From NCBI GenBank assembly GCA_965230975.1, contig OZ246402.1, forward strand, positions 37,771 through 101,770: 64,000 nucleotides of DNA. The letters run 5' to 3'. Source of the DNA: an uncultured Candidatus Saccharibacteria bacterium. GTDB taxonomy: Bacteria > Patescibacteriota > Dojkabacteria > J137. The position numbers were made by a program, and so were the translations under genes. Each line of letters begins with the position of its first letter. Positions within the stretch are counted from its first letter, which is position 1. Of this stretch, positions 17,617 through 28,526 are shown piece after piece. The notes under the pieces are model-generated. The model saw only the letters and a program-made list of their open reading frames with translations, searched no databases and was not told the DNA's origin.

Positions 17617-19644
17617 ATGGATAACTACTTTCAAATAATAATCCTCTGCTCTATTTTGTTTACCTTATTGGTTTGTATAAACATATTTTGGTTTGTTAGC
17701 TATAAAAAGAATCTAAAACAAAAACTAAAATTAGATTTAGAAACAAACTTTAAAGCCAAGTGGCTAAATAAAAGAATGCTTTTAAAAATAATAATTAATT
17801 TATTTGGATTAATAATAGTAGGAGCACTTGGAGTAATTGGGTACACTCAAATCACACCTAAAATCATAGCTTCTACCCCAGAAACAGAAGGTGTTTGGGA
17901 AAGTTATTCTAAGCCAATCGAGGTTTATTTCAATACTCCAGTAGACACATCTAGATTATATGTAAATATTAATCCGGAAATTAAAGGTGAGTGGAAATTT
18001 GTTCCATTCTTGGGAATTAGAAGACTCTCAACATATGGTTATTTTGTACCAGAAGAATCACTTTTACCAAACAAACGTATAGTTGTTTATATAACCGGCA
18101 TTGGCAGAATTGGATTTCGATCTGAAAGTCATGAATATGGATTTGTTTTTGACTCTGTAAAATTACCGGAAATAACTTCTACAAACCCGACAAATGATTC
18201 TAAAGAGGTTGAAGTAAATACTAAAATAACTTTAAATTTAAATAAAGAACTGCAAGGAAACTCAGAGTTTAGCTTTAAAAGCATTCCCGAAGTTGAATTT
18301 GAAGTAGAATATTCAAGCTCCAAGCAAATAATTTTAACCCCTAAAACCAATCTAGAATTAAGCACTGAATATCTTATTCAGACATTTCAACAGGCAAAAG
18401 TAATAAATTTATTAAACAAGGAGACATTTGAAACTGAAAACCCAATACTAACTCACGAACTTAAATTTTCTACGAAAACTGAGCCTCTATTGCGAAGTTA
18501 TTTACCAAGAGGTAGCACTGTGAAGGTAGATACACCAATAAAACTAAAGTTTGTTACAGATATGAATAAAGAAAGTGTAGAAAGTAATTTTAGTACAGAA
18601 CCACATATCGATGGCACTATTTCATGGGACGATAGCAAAACTCTAGTCTTTACACCTAGCAATGTTTTAGATAAAGAAACAAGCTACAAAGTTATAGTTA
18701 AAAAAGGAATTAAAAACACAGCTTCTATTGAAAGTGAAAATGATATAAATTTTGAGTTCAAAACAATTGGATTTGTTAGAATACAATCCACATCTCCTCA
18801 AAATAATGAAGTTAAGGTAAGTGAATCTAGTGATATAAAAGTAACTTTCAATCAAGAGGTGGACCACCTTTCCGCTCAAAACAACTTTAGAATATCACCA
18901 GAAATATCTGGAGACTTTAGCTGGGAAGGAAACACATTAATATTTAACCCTAAAAGCAACTTAGCCTTTAATACAAACTATACAGTCAAATTAAACCCAG
19001 GAGTAAAATCTATTAGTGGATTTGATAATATAGAAGAGCTTAGCTTCTCATTTAGATCAAGAACTAATGAAGTAACTATTGCAATGCCACTGTATTATCA
19101 GCCTCAATATCCGGTATCATTCTCTTGTAATATTTATGCAGCAAGAATGGCACTTGCGTGGAAGGGCTATTCTACAACAGTATCGGGATTAATTGGTGAA
19201 GTCGGTTACGATACAAGACAAGATTCAAATGGCAGATGGCTTGGAGACCCTAATATTAATTACGTGGGCAATAGTGATGGAAGCTGGGGATACGGAGTGC
19301 ATTGGTTGCCAGTTCAAAAAATGTTTAGCAACCGAGGAATCTATACAGAACTAAAAACTGGGTGGAACGTAAGAGATTTAGCAAGATCCATAGACAATGG
19401 TAAACCAGTTGTAATTTGGAGATATAATGGGACTAGCCAAGATCGAAACCTAGAATGGGGTACATCTGGAGTTTATGCAATTAATGGTCAACATGGTGGA
19501 GTTGTTACTGGGTTTAGAGGGACTCCTGAAAATCCGACTGCAATCTATTTAAATGACCCTTGGTTTGGACTTATTTGGATGGATATTAATACATTTGATT
19601 ATTACTGGTCTAGATTGGGAAGAGTTGGATTGGTTGTGAATTAA
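17617..19644 (+). CDS. membrane-anchored surface protein with tandem Ig-like (Big/SbsA-like) domains and a C-terminal peptidase C39-like (papain-fold) domain
   Basis: N-terminal TM; repeated ~90-aa beta-rich modules (…KVTFNQEV…, …NTKITLNLNKEL…); C-terminal YQPQYPVSFSCNIYAARMALAWKGY (Cys) and NGQHGGVVTGF (His), as in Peptidase_C39-like domains. Confidence 0.55.
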   Translation: MDNYFQIIILCSILFTLLVCINIFWFVSYKKNLKQKLKLDLETNFKAKWLNKRMLLKIIINLFGLIIVGALGVIGYTQITPKIIASTPETEGVWESYSKPIEVYFNTPVDTSRLYVNINPEIKGEWKFVPFLGIRRLSTYGYFVPEESLLPNKRIVVYITGIGRIGFRSESHEYGFVFDSVKLPEITSTNPTNDSKEVEVNTKITLNLNKELQGNSEFSFKSIPEVEFEVEYSSSKQIILTPKTNLELSTEYLIQTFQQAKVINLLNKETFETENPILTHELKFSTKTEPLLRSYLPRGSTVKVDTPIKLKFVTDMNKESVESNFSTEPHIDGTISWDDSKTLVFTPSNVLDKETSYKVIVKKGIKNTASIESENDINFEFKTIGFVRIQSTSPQNNEVKVSESSDIKVTFNQEVDHLSAQNNFRISPEISGDFSWEGNTLIFNPKSNLAFNTNYTVKLNPGVKSISGFDNIEELSFSFRSRTNEVTIAMPLYYQPQYPVSFSCNIYAARMALAWKGYSTTVSGLIGEVGYDTRQDSNGRWLGDPNINYVGNSDGSWGYGVHWLPVQKMFSNRGIYTELKTGWNVRDLARSIDNGKPVVIWRYNGTSQDRNLEWGTSGVYAINGQHGGVVTGFRGTPENPTAIYLNDPWFGLIWMDINTFDYYWSRLGRVGLVVN

Positions 19645-19717
19645 ATAGGGCCTTTAAGCTTTGTCATTTTTTTGGTTGAATGATATGCTATAAACATTAA
19701 TTAAATATAGAAAAGCT

Positions 19718-20839
19718 ATGAAAATAAAAGATATTTTGTACTTAATCGTGCTAATTGGAATATCCTTATTAGCATTAGCTTTGTTTCAACCCTACCTAAA
19801 CATAATTATAATTTCATTAGTAATTGTTCAGCTGTTCTACCCAATATACGAATTCATTTTCAAAATAAGTAAAAGCAAAGGATTCTCTACTCTTGTATCT
19901 GTGACAGTTTCTTTAGTATTGATAATTACTGTAGTTACAATGTTTACAATCTTTACTCTTGGGGAGATTAGAAATTTAACAGAAGGTAGAGATTTAGTTG
20001 CAAGTATTAGAGGTGTTGAAGCATCTATTAACGAAACAATATTTAGGTTAAATGAATTAATAAGTAGATACAATTCGGACATGCAAATATCATATTTGAA
20101 TTTGCAAGAGGTTGTTGTCCAATTCGCACAAAGTGCTAAAGATCAAATATTCCCTATTGCTCAACAAGCAGTTGCTTTAAGTGGCTCACTATTATTCAAC
20201 CTTTTCTTAATGGTTTTATGTCTAATCTACTTTTTCCCTGTTTATAAAAACATGCCCTCTTTATTTAGTAAAATTTCACCTTTAGACAAAAAATTCGATC
20301 TTCTTTTATTCCAAAAGTTTAGAGATACCGTTAAGGGTGTTGTAAAAGGTAGTTTTTTTGTTGCATTGTTGCAAGCTACTGCAGTTTTAATTCCATTACT
20401 CGCTTTAAATGTACCCGCCCCAATATTGTTATGGATTATTATGATGATTTTATCAATACTACCAATTGGATCTGGGCTTGTTTGGTTCCCTGTTGGTTTA
20501 TTTATGATTATAGATGGGTTAAGAACAGGTAATACTGGGCAAGTAATTATTGCTATAGCTTTAATAATTTACAGTGCAATTATTATTAATGTTATAGATA
20601 CAACTATAAGACCAAAAATAATGAAAGATACAGTTAATATTCACCCATTAATAACAATTTTCAGTGTTTTGGGCGGGTTAACAATATTTGGACCAATGGG
20701 CATTTTATATGGTCCAATAATAGTTGTAATGTTCTTATCTATAATGGATATTTACAATAAGCACTATTTAAATAACGAGGTAATAAAATCGGCAGATGAG
20801 ATTGGCCCTAAAGAAGGCAACAGTACTGTAAGTAAGTAA
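19718..20839 (+). CDS. AI-2E family transporter (PerM/UPF0118)
   Basis: 8-TM protein, 373 aa; conserved C-terminal IHPLITIFSVLGGLTIFGPMGILYGPIIV block characteristic of AI-2E. Confidence 0.65.
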   Translation: MKIKDILYLIVLIGISLLALALFQPYLNIIIISLVIVQLFYPIYEFIFKISKSKGFSTLVSVTVSLVLIITVVTMFTIFTLGEIRNLTEGRDLVASIRGVEASINETIFRLNELISRYNSDMQISYLNLQEVVVQFAQSAKDQIFPIAQQAVALSGSLLFNLFLMVLCLIYFFPVYKNMPSLFSKISPLDKKFDLLLFQKFRDTVKGVVKGSFFVALLQATAVLIPLLALNVPAPILLWIIMMILSILPIGSGLVWFPVGLFMIIDGLRTGNTGQVIIAIALIIYSAIIINVIDTTIRPKIMKDTVNIHPLITIFSVLGGLTIFGPMGILYGPIIVVMFLSIMDIYNKHYLNNEVIKSADEIGPKEGNSTVSK

Positions 20840-20866
20840 GCTTAAAACCTCTTAATTAAGTTGTGT

Positions 20867-21835
20867 TTATTCTTCAAATAAATGCTTAAGCAGGTGTTTG
20901 CTGTATACCAAAGAACATATTCGAATAAACATTAAATGGAAATTAATACCCTGAAGAATAGCTACATTTTTATAACACGGTAGTAAACTTTCAAATTCAG
21001 GTATATCTTTATCCTCTTTTATATCATTCAATACATCCATGAATACAAATGGATTGAAGAAGACTCGGTTAATCAAATTTGCAGATGAGGGATTTAGAAT
21101 AAAATTATAGACTTGTCTTGAAAGATCCAAGATATGCTTATCTGAAATAGTAGTTAAACCTCCATATACAAACCGCTCTTCACCTCTTGTTGGAGATTCG
21201 ATAAAGTTTATACAATTTAGAAATAAAGATAATCTTAGGTATTGATTAATCAGTTCTCTAAATCTATCTATCTTCTGAGTCTCAACACTATCCAAATCTA
21301 AATAAATATCAACCTCGTTATTATCAACAGCATTAATTAATTCGACAACAACACTGCTGAGCCTTGCCGAAATAAATCTTAAGACCTCTATATCAAATTC
21401 ATTACCAGTTTCAATAGACTCTTTAAACTCTTCAATTAATTGAATTACACTCTCAGGATTTTGGTAAATGGCCTTTGCAAGTACTCTTTTTGTAGTTAAT
21501 CTATTAAAATTATGTTCATTATTTATTTGTATAAGATTTTCACTTAAAGATGCATATATTCCTTCGTATTTATTAAAGAAATCTAGTAATTTAGCATAAC
21601 TCTGGGCTATTCTGTCTGTAATTAAAAAATAGTACAGCGAATACACCTTTTGTTGATCAAGCGCTTTAAATATAGACTGGTAGTGCAAAAATGTTCCTAT
21701 AAGTTCTTTCAGTTCGGCACCTATAGTTTCATTCGCTAATAAGAATGAATTTAATTGCACGGCTGTAAAGTGATATAGACTATTAATATCTGGTGCCTGA
21801 GGCATTAACTGCATAAACGTACTTGAGTTCAACAT
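20867..21835 (-). CDS. hypothetical protein
   Basis: 322-aa ORF, no recognised motif. Confidence 0.4.
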   Translation of the reverse strand: MLNSSTFMQLMPQAPDINSLYHFTAVQLNSFLLANETIGAELKELIGTFLHYQSIFKALDQQKVYSLYYFLITDRIAQSYAKLLDFFNKYEGIYASLSENLIQINNEHNFNRLTTKRVLAKAIYQNPESVIQLIEEFKESIETGNEFDIEVLRFISARLSSVVVELINAVDNNEVDIYLDLDSVETQKIDRFRELINQYLRLSLFLNCINFIESPTRGEERFVYGGLTTISDKHILDLSRQVYNFILNPSSANLINRVFFNPFVFMDVLNDIKEDKDIPEFESLLPCYKNVAILQGINFHLMFIRICSLVYSKHLLKHLFEE

Positions 21836-21873
21836 TTTATTTCCAATAAATGCGGAATTTTAGCATTGATTGG

Positions 21874-22518
21874 CTATATTGTCTGTGTAGTTGGTAAAAT
21901 TTTTCTATAAAACCTCCAGACAAATAAATACGCTGTTGCCATAGCAAAATGCCAAATAATATGACCATTTACAAAAATAAGTTGTTCTGAGCAAAAGATT
22001 TGAAAATAGTCTGCAAGCCAAAAAAGAAATCCAACTAATAAAATACCCAATATTAAAAACAGCTCTAATTTCTTATCTTTGACATTAACGCGTAGCGAAA
22101 GGGTTAAAACAGATAACACTAAAGTCAACCCAAAAACTATAATATTTAATAAGAAGTTTGGCGAAAATGTTACTAATACGCAAATTAAATAAATAACTAT
22201 AAAAAATAGGAGAGAATGTTTTTTTATAAAATCAAATTTTGATTCAATATTTAAAGTAATTAGCCACAAAGTGATTAAATACATACTAGAAAAATCAAGT
22301 ATCTGACCTAATATTGTGGCCGAATAATGCAGGGCAATAGTAAAAAGCCCAATCAAAGTGATAATTATACTAAAGTAAATATCTATTCTTGTTTTACGCT
22401 TAAAGAAAATGTATAAACCAATAACAAAAAAGAAAATCGCTGAGATAGCGTTATAGTATTCATGGCCATTAAGGTAGTACTCACAAAACTTTAATGTAGA
22501 TTCGCTCAAGAGATCCAT
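21874..22518 (-). CDS. hypothetical polytopic membrane protein
   Basis: About 6-7 hydrophobic helices; starts where the fmt reading frame ends (shared nucleotide at 22518). Confidence 0.45.
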   Translation of the reverse strand: MDLLSESTLKFCEYYLNGHEYYNAISAIFFFVIGLYIFFKRKTRIDIYFSIIITLIGLFTIALHYSATILGQILDFSSMYLITLWLITLNIESKFDFIKKHSLLFFIVIYLICVLVTFSPNFLLNIIVFGLTLVLSVLTLSLRVNVKDKKLELFLILGILLVGFLFWLADYFQIFCSEQLIFVNGHIIWHFAMATAYLFVWRFYRKILPTTQTI

Positions 22519-23438
22519 TAGTTAGCTAAAAACAAATAATTCTTAGCATTATCTCTCTTTTTACCTTCAAGCTGCACCTCTAAAAGTTCTAGTGTTCCAC
22601 TGGATAGTTCTAGCAGAAGAGACTTTCCATCTCTTCTTATTTGTAAATTGTTTGACGAGTTAACATTTTTAGAATGAATCTTTGCTTTGTAAATCTTAAG
22701 CATTTTACCTTCAATCATTACATAAGCAATCGGCCATGGGTAAAATGCTCTTATCATTCTTTCTGCTAAAGTTATATCTGTTTCAAAAGTTATCTCTGCC
22801 TTCTCTTTTTCAATATCTGTTTTATAGCAGTAAGTAACCTTTGAGTGATCTTGAGGTGTTGGATGTAATTCTGAGCTTAAATATTTTGGCAATTCATTTT
22901 GAAGCATTACAACCCCTAATTCGGCCAAATTTTGCATAAGGCTTTGAGTTGTTTCTGTGCCATTTAAATCACATATGGCAATTGATACTACGTCTCCTTC
23001 ATCCATGCCCTCGCTCATTACCTGCAACGTTACACCTGTTTCGGTTAATCCCTGCAAAATTGCCATTGGCACAGGAACAGCACCCCGTAATTGTGGTAAT
23101 ATTGATCCATGAAAATTCAAAGCCTTATGCCTTGGGTATTCTATAAATTCTTTTGGCAAAATTTGGCCGTAAGATGCCACTAGAACAAGCTGGGGGCTAG
23201 TTTTGGTAAGAATATCCTGGTATTCATTTCTAAATTTGCTGGGTTTAAACCAGGTTATATTTTGATTGGTTTTTAAAGCCTCAAAGACAGCCGAACCTTT
23301 TAGTTCTTGATCTCTTCCAAATGGTTTATCTGGCTGAGTAACAATGCCCACAACTTCTAAAAAATCTGCTTCAAGTGCAGCTTTAAAAATTGGAATCGCA
23401 AAATCTCCAGAACCTATAAGCAGTGTTTTTACTTTCAT
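22518..23438 (-). CDS. fmt: methionyl-tRNA formyltransferase
   Basis: N-terminal Rossmann MKVKTLLIGSGDFAIP and formyltransferase motif NFHGSILPQLRGAVPV; 306 aa. Confidence 0.85.
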   Translation of the reverse strand: MKVKTLLIGSGDFAIPIFKAALEADFLEVVGIVTQPDKPFGRDQELKGSAVFEALKTNQNITWFKPSKFRNEYQDILTKTSPQLVLVASYGQILPKEFIEYPRHKALNFHGSILPQLRGAVPVPMAILQGLTETGVTLQVMSEGMDEGDVVSIAICDLNGTETTQSLMQNLAELGVVMLQNELPKYLSSELHPTPQDHSKVTYCYKTDIEKEKAEITFETDITLAERMIRAFYPWPIAYVMIEGKMLKIYKAKIHSKNVNSSNNLQIRRDGKSLLLELSSGTLELLEVQLEGKKRDNAKNYLFLAN

Positions 23439-23465
23439 ACGGGAATTATATCAGTATTCTTAAAT

Positions 23466-23828
23466 TTATTTATAGAATGCAAAAACCAAATTTGTTATGT
23501 AACTTGTAATAATATAAGCCAAGAGGGACATGAAAATTGTTATTAAAATTACATACCAAACTTTTATTCCCGCATTATTTTTTGCCTTTAACCAATATTT
23601 GCCCTCATGTTTTCTTAATATGCCTATATATGAGTTTGCAAATGGAATTATTAAAGCATATCTTCTTTTTATGTTTTTATCTAAATCTATTGCCCCTTCT
23701 TTATAAATTGCGTTTTTAGCACTAAGATATTCTGTAAACCCAACTACATTAAGCATTATAATAAACAAAATAGTTAGCAAACAAAACACTGCTAAAACCA
23801 ATAGTATAAAGATTTGAAAATCGTACAT
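23466..23828 (-). CDS. small membrane protein, hypothetical
   Basis: 120 aa, two or three TM helices. Confidence 0.4.
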   Translation of the reverse strand: MYDFQIFILLVLAVFCLLTILFIIMLNVVGFTEYLSAKNAIYKEGAIDLDKNIKRRYALIIPFANSYIGILRKHEGKYWLKAKNNAGIKVWYVILITIFMSLLAYIITSYITNLVFAFYK

Positions 23829-23886
23829 AAATATTATAAATAAGTAATAATTTATTCTACTTCTAATTTAGAGAGTAAGCTACTTA

Positions 23887-24765
23887 TTATGACTCCACTA
23901 CGGCCTGTGGTGGATTATAAGACAATACCTCTTTTAGCGACTTAATTGATAACTCAATTATTTTTACCATGCTTTCGATTCTATTATTTCCAGATTCTAT
24001 TTCGATATTTTGAGAAAGATTATCAAAAACAAACCTTGCCAAAAATGCTTTTAAATATACATCCCTGTATTGGGCAGGGCTTAAGAGTATTAGCATTAAC
24101 TGCTCTATTACAAAAGGTTTTGTAGATTTTATAGCTTCAAAAAATTCAATCCTATCTTTTTCGTTAATAATTAATGATCCATTAAAAAACAACTTCGAAG
24201 CAAATCTAACTTTGCTAAACAAATCTCTTTGTGAGTTCTCTAAACCTCTGCCTGTTCCATTCATCCAATCATAGTATTGTGCAACAAATAAAGGTGTGAA
24301 GGTCGGTAAAGAATTATGCATTCCTGCCATTGCTTCTTGTTCTCCCGAGATGTAGTTTTGAAATTTGAATCTTGCCCTTGCTTCTTTAGTTTCATGAACG
24401 TTTTTAATACTTGGTATAACTTGAGCCATTATTTGGCTTGACCTACTTATATTTGGATGGAAATTACCTTTAATTAGTTCATCTCTGATTTCGTAAATAT
24501 ATCTTTCTATAAAATTTGGATTTACAGTTTCAAATAGCTCCGTAAGGCAATCATTAATTCTACTTGGGTCAAACCACTGTGAAAGATCCTCAACTCCATT
24601 GGGTGTCTTAAATGATTTGTAAGTATTTAAAACATGTACTTTTTCTAATTGCCAATTAGCTAATGCTACTTCTAACTGCATTGCTCTGCCATCAACGTGC
24701 TCTAAATCAAAAGTGCGTGGGGAGGAACCTCCTGTAATGTCAGGATTTAGTGTTTGTGTGGTCAT
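23887..24765 (-). CDS. hypothetical protein
   Basis: 292-aa ORF, no recognised motif. Confidence 0.4.
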   Translation of the reverse strand: MTTQTLNPDITGGSSPRTFDLEHVDGRAMQLEVALANWQLEKVHVLNTYKSFKTPNGVEDLSQWFDPSRINDCLTELFETVNPNFIERYIYEIRDELIKGNFHPNISRSSQIMAQVIPSIKNVHETKEARARFKFQNYISGEQEAMAGMHNSLPTFTPLFVAQYYDWMNGTGRGLENSQRDLFSKVRFASKLFFNGSLIINEKDRIEFFEAIKSTKPFVIEQLMLILLSPAQYRDVYLKAFLARFVFDNLSQNIEIESGNNRIESMVKIIELSIKSLKEVLSYNPPQAVVES

Positions 24766-24889
24766 GGGAGAAAATTAACTTATTTAGATTAAAGTAAATA
24801 TTTTTTTATTGCAATAGTTGTAATCTATTACATTGCGAAAACGTTTTGCCTAAGCTAAAATTACAGAATCTATTTTTTATTTTTAAACC

Positions 24890-27859
24890 ATGTTCAACAA
24901 GCCCGAAAGCAAGCCAAATTTCTTTACGCTTGAACAATCCATTTTGGCTTGGTGGAAAGAAAATAAAATTTTAGAGCAATCAATAGAACAAAGACCACAA
25001 GACAAAGTTAGATCTTTTTACGACGGACCAATAACAGCAAATGGAGAGCCTCATACAGGCCACATGCTTACATTTGCAATGAAAGACATAATTCCAAGGT
25101 ATTGGACCATGAAAGGTTTTAGAGTTACAAGAAGTTTGGGTTGGGATTGCCAAGGAATTCCTGTTGAATACGAAGTAGAAAAAAAACTTGGCTTTAAAGA
25201 GAAAAAAGATATTGTTAAATATGGAATAGAAGCATTTAATAAACTTTGCCGAGAATCAGTTTTACAATACAAAGACAAGATTATAGAGCTTGAAGAGTTA
25301 ATGGGAAGACTAACAAATGGTGAAGAGGAATATGCAACAATGGATGCAAGCTACATTGAATCTATTTGGTGGTCTTTAAAAGAGCTTTACAACAAAGGCT
25401 TACTTTACGAAGGTTTTAAAGTAGTGCCATACTCTACCAGAGCTGGTACAACATTATCTAATGCAGAAGTTGCATTAGGTGGTTACAAAAACTTTGTAGA
25501 CCCAGCAATAACAGTTGAATTTCCATTAAAAGACGATGCAAATACAGTTTTACTAGCATGGACAACTACACCTTGGACAATGCCAGGAAATTTAGGCTTA
25601 GCTGTTGGTAAAGATATTACTTATGTTAAGGTAAGCTCAAATAATAAAACTTATATTGTTGCAAAAGATTTAGTAGAAACTATTTTTAAAGATAAAGAAC
25701 ATAGTGTTACTGAGGAGGTAAAAGCAGAAGATTTAGTAGGCAAAGAATATGTACCTCCATTTGATTTTTATGTTGGCAGAGAAAATGCACATAAAATATA
25801 TTTGGGTGACCATGTAACAGCAGATTCTGGTACCGGAATTGTTCACTTAGCACCTTATGGAGCTGAAGATAATGAGATATTTCAAAAAGTTGGAATAAAA
25901 AGTTTTGACTATTTAGATGATCAAGGTGACTTTACTTCTGATATTGCACCTTACGCAGGTTTAAATTACCGAGTTGCGAACAATAAAATAATTGAAGATT
26001 TAACAGCAAGTAATAGGTTATTTAGAAAAGAGGATTACGAGCACGAGATGCCAATGTGTTGGAGAACAAACACTCCATTAATCTATAAACCTATTACCTC
26101 TTGGTACATAGCAATGAGTACTTTAAGAGGAGACCTAGTTGCAAACAATAACAACATTAACTGGACGCCTGCTCATGTAAAAGAAGGAAGATTTGGAAAC
26201 TGGCTTGCAGAAATCAAAGATTGGGGAATTTCTAGATTAAGATATTGGGGAACACCATTACCAATTTGGAAGTCAGAAAGTGGCAAAACAATGCTAATAG
26301 GTTCTTTTGAAGAGCTTGAAAAGCTATCTGGTGTAAGGTTAACAGACCCACATAGACCTTTTGTAGACGATGTAACTTTTACTTTTGAAGGTGAAACATA
26401 TAAAAGAATTCCAGATGTGTTAGACGTTTGGTACGATTCTGGAGCAATGCCTTTTGCAAGATTCCATTATCCATTTGAAAACAAAGATAAATTCGAAAAA
26501 AAGTTCCCTGCACAATACATTGCAGAAAGTGTAGACCAAACAAGAGGTTGGTTCTACTCTCTTTTAGCAGTTTCTACTGCCCTATTCAACAAAGAGGCTT
26601 TTCAAAATGTTGTAATGAGTGGATTTACATTAGACGATAAAGGTGTAAAACAAAGTAAAAGCAAAAAGAACTATACTGACCCTAAACCAACAGTAGAAAA
26701 ATATGGTGCAGACACAATCAGGTTAAACTTTTTTGCCACACCAATTTCTGCGGGTGAAGATACAACAATTAGTGAAAATACATTAAAGATTCATGCACAA
26801 GAATACATGCTACCTATTTGGAACATTTATTCTTACTTGGTAACCTATGCAAACATTCATGGTTGGATTCCTAGAAAAGAATTAGCTAAGAATACTAGAG
26901 AAAACGATAACGGGATTGAATGGAACCATATTCCATGGTCAGATTTAGACAATGAATTAGACGCTTGGATAGTTTTAAGATTACAAGAAACAATCAAGCA
27001 AGTTACAGAGGCATTAGATGATTATCAAATTCCAAGAGCAACAAGAACAATAAAAGAATTAATAGAAGACATTTCAAAATGGTACATAAGAAGGTCTAGA
27101 GACCGATTTGCAGATGGAGATCAAATGGCATTAGAGGTTCTTTACTATGTATTTATAGAAACACTAAAGCTATTAGCTCCGTTCGCTCCATTTATTACTG
27201 AACACCTTTACAAAGAATTGGTTGTCCAGCATATAGAAGAAGAAAAAGAATCTATTCACTTAGTAGATTTCCCAACCTCAGACCAAAAGTTCTTAGACCA
27301 ATACACTCATTTAAATAATGAGATGCAATTTGTAAGAAAAATATGCGACCTTGGACAAACATTAAGATCTGAAAACGGCTTAAAAGTTAGACAACCATTA
27401 TCTTTACTTGAAATAGTAAATCAAAACACAGACGTTCCTATGGTTACTGAGTGGATGCAACAAATGATTCAAGGCGAACTTAACATACAAGAAGTTGTAG
27501 ACGTTCCAAACTTTACAAAAAAAGAAGCACCTGTTACAACAGAAGATACTTCTATAAAAGTAAAAATAAGCTTAGAAACAAAACTATCAGAAGAACTACT
27601 AGAAATTGGAATATTAAGAGAATTTACAAGACACATTCAGGCACTACGTAAAAACTCAGGCTTTGAACAAGGAGAGAAAGTAAATGTAACCTTAGACCTT
27701 GAAGATAATAACCTATCTGAAATTTTAAACAAAAATTTAACAGTACTTTCAAATAGCGTAAACGCCAGCAATATTGCTTTACAAAAAATTGACCAATCAG
27801 AAGTGAAAGAAGTTAGTGTTAATGATAGTATAGTAAAGATAAAAGTAGAAAAAGCCTAA
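24890..27859 (+). CDS. ileS: isoleucyl-tRNA synthetase, type 2 (eukaryote/archaea-like)
   Basis: HIGH-class motif PHTGHMLT, KMSKS-class KQSKSKKN, editing and anticodon-binding regions; 989 aa; WCISRQ-like WGISRLRYWGTPLPIW. Confidence 0.9.
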   Translation: MFNKPESKPNFFTLEQSILAWWKENKILEQSIEQRPQDKVRSFYDGPITANGEPHTGHMLTFAMKDIIPRYWTMKGFRVTRSLGWDCQGIPVEYEVEKKLGFKEKKDIVKYGIEAFNKLCRESVLQYKDKIIELEELMGRLTNGEEEYATMDASYIESIWWSLKELYNKGLLYEGFKVVPYSTRAGTTLSNAEVALGGYKNFVDPAITVEFPLKDDANTVLLAWTTTPWTMPGNLGLAVGKDITYVKVSSNNKTYIVAKDLVETIFKDKEHSVTEEVKAEDLVGKEYVPPFDFYVGRENAHKIYLGDHVTADSGTGIVHLAPYGAEDNEIFQKVGIKSFDYLDDQGDFTSDIAPYAGLNYRVANNKIIEDLTASNRLFRKEDYEHEMPMCWRTNTPLIYKPITSWYIAMSTLRGDLVANNNNINWTPAHVKEGRFGNWLAEIKDWGISRLRYWGTPLPIWKSESGKTMLIGSFEELEKLSGVRLTDPHRPFVDDVTFTFEGETYKRIPDVLDVWYDSGAMPFARFHYPFENKDKFEKKFPAQYIAESVDQTRGWFYSLLAVSTALFNKEAFQNVVMSGFTLDDKGVKQSKSKKNYTDPKPTVEKYGADTIRLNFFATPISAGEDTTISENTLKIHAQEYMLPIWNIYSYLVTYANIHGWIPRKELAKNTRENDNGIEWNHIPWSDLDNELDAWIVLRLQETIKQVTEALDDYQIPRATRTIKELIEDISKWYIRRSRDRFADGDQMALEVLYYVFIETLKLLAPFAPFITEHLYKELVVQHIEEEKESIHLVDFPTSDQKFLDQYTHLNNEMQFVRKICDLGQTLRSENGLKVRQPLSLLEIVNQNTDVPMVTEWMQQMIQGELNIQEVVDVPNFTKKEAPVTTEDTSIKVKISLETKLSEELLEIGILREFTRHIQALRKNSGFEQGEKVNVTLDLEDNNLSEILNKNLTVLSNSVNASNIALQKIDQSEVKEVSVNDSIVKIKVEKA

Positions 27860-27864
27860 TTTCA

Positions 27865-28470
27865 ATGGAAGAGTCAAAACAAATAGTAAAGTCTAACTTG
27901 TTAGAACTATTGCAATCTGTAGTTATAGCTATAGCAATATGTGTGTTTATTTACCTCTTTATAGCTACACCTAACCAAATTGATGGGCAATCAATGGAGC
28001 CAACATTTATGCATTCTCAAATTGTTTTAACAAGCAAAGTGCATCAATGGCTAGGCTCTACAGAACTGGGTAAAACTATTGGGTTAAATTATCAAAGAGG
28101 TGACGTAGTTGTGTTTCAAAAACCTGGGTTAAACGACTTTATTAAAAGAGTAATTGCTATACCCGGAGATTCGATACAAATTAAAACAGGTAAAGTTTAT
28201 GTAAACAGCAAGCAAATACAAGAACCTTATTTGCCAAATGATTTTTATACAAAAGGTGGGACATTTTTAGAAGAAAATGCAGACCCAATATATCTTAAAG
28301 AAAACGAATACTTTTTAATGGGAGATAATAGAAATAACAGCAGAGATTCAAGATATATAGATGTTGGAGTTGTTAAAAGAGATTGGATAAAAGGAAAAGT
28401 ACTAATAAGATATTGGCCACTTAATCAAATTTGGGTTGTAGAACATAAGAATTTATTAGAAACAGAATGA
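27865..28470 (+). CDS. lepB: signal peptidase I (S26)
   Basis: N-terminal TM, catalytic Ser box GQSMEPTF, Lys box in IKRVIAIPGD, GDNRNNSRDSR box. Confidence 0.85.
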   Translation: MEESKQIVKSNLLELLQSVVIAIAICVFIYLFIATPNQIDGQSMEPTFMHSQIVLTSKVHQWLGSTELGKTIGLNYQRGDVVVFQKPGLNDFIKRVIAIPGDSIQIKTGKVYVNSKQIQEPYLPNDFYTKGGTFLEENADPIYLKENEYFLMGDNRNNSRDSRYIDVGVVKRDWIKGKVLIRYWPLNQIWVVEHKNLLETE

Positions 28471-28526
28471 TAGATGGCAAATTTTAGGGTATGATATTAC
28501 ATATAATTAATCGAGCAAATTTTTAG

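Noticed and set aside
24766-24889. T-box leader upstream of ileS
   Set aside because: The spacer is only ~124 nt and AT-rich, with no specifier-loop or antiterminator T-box consensus (AGGGUGGNACCGCG) visible.
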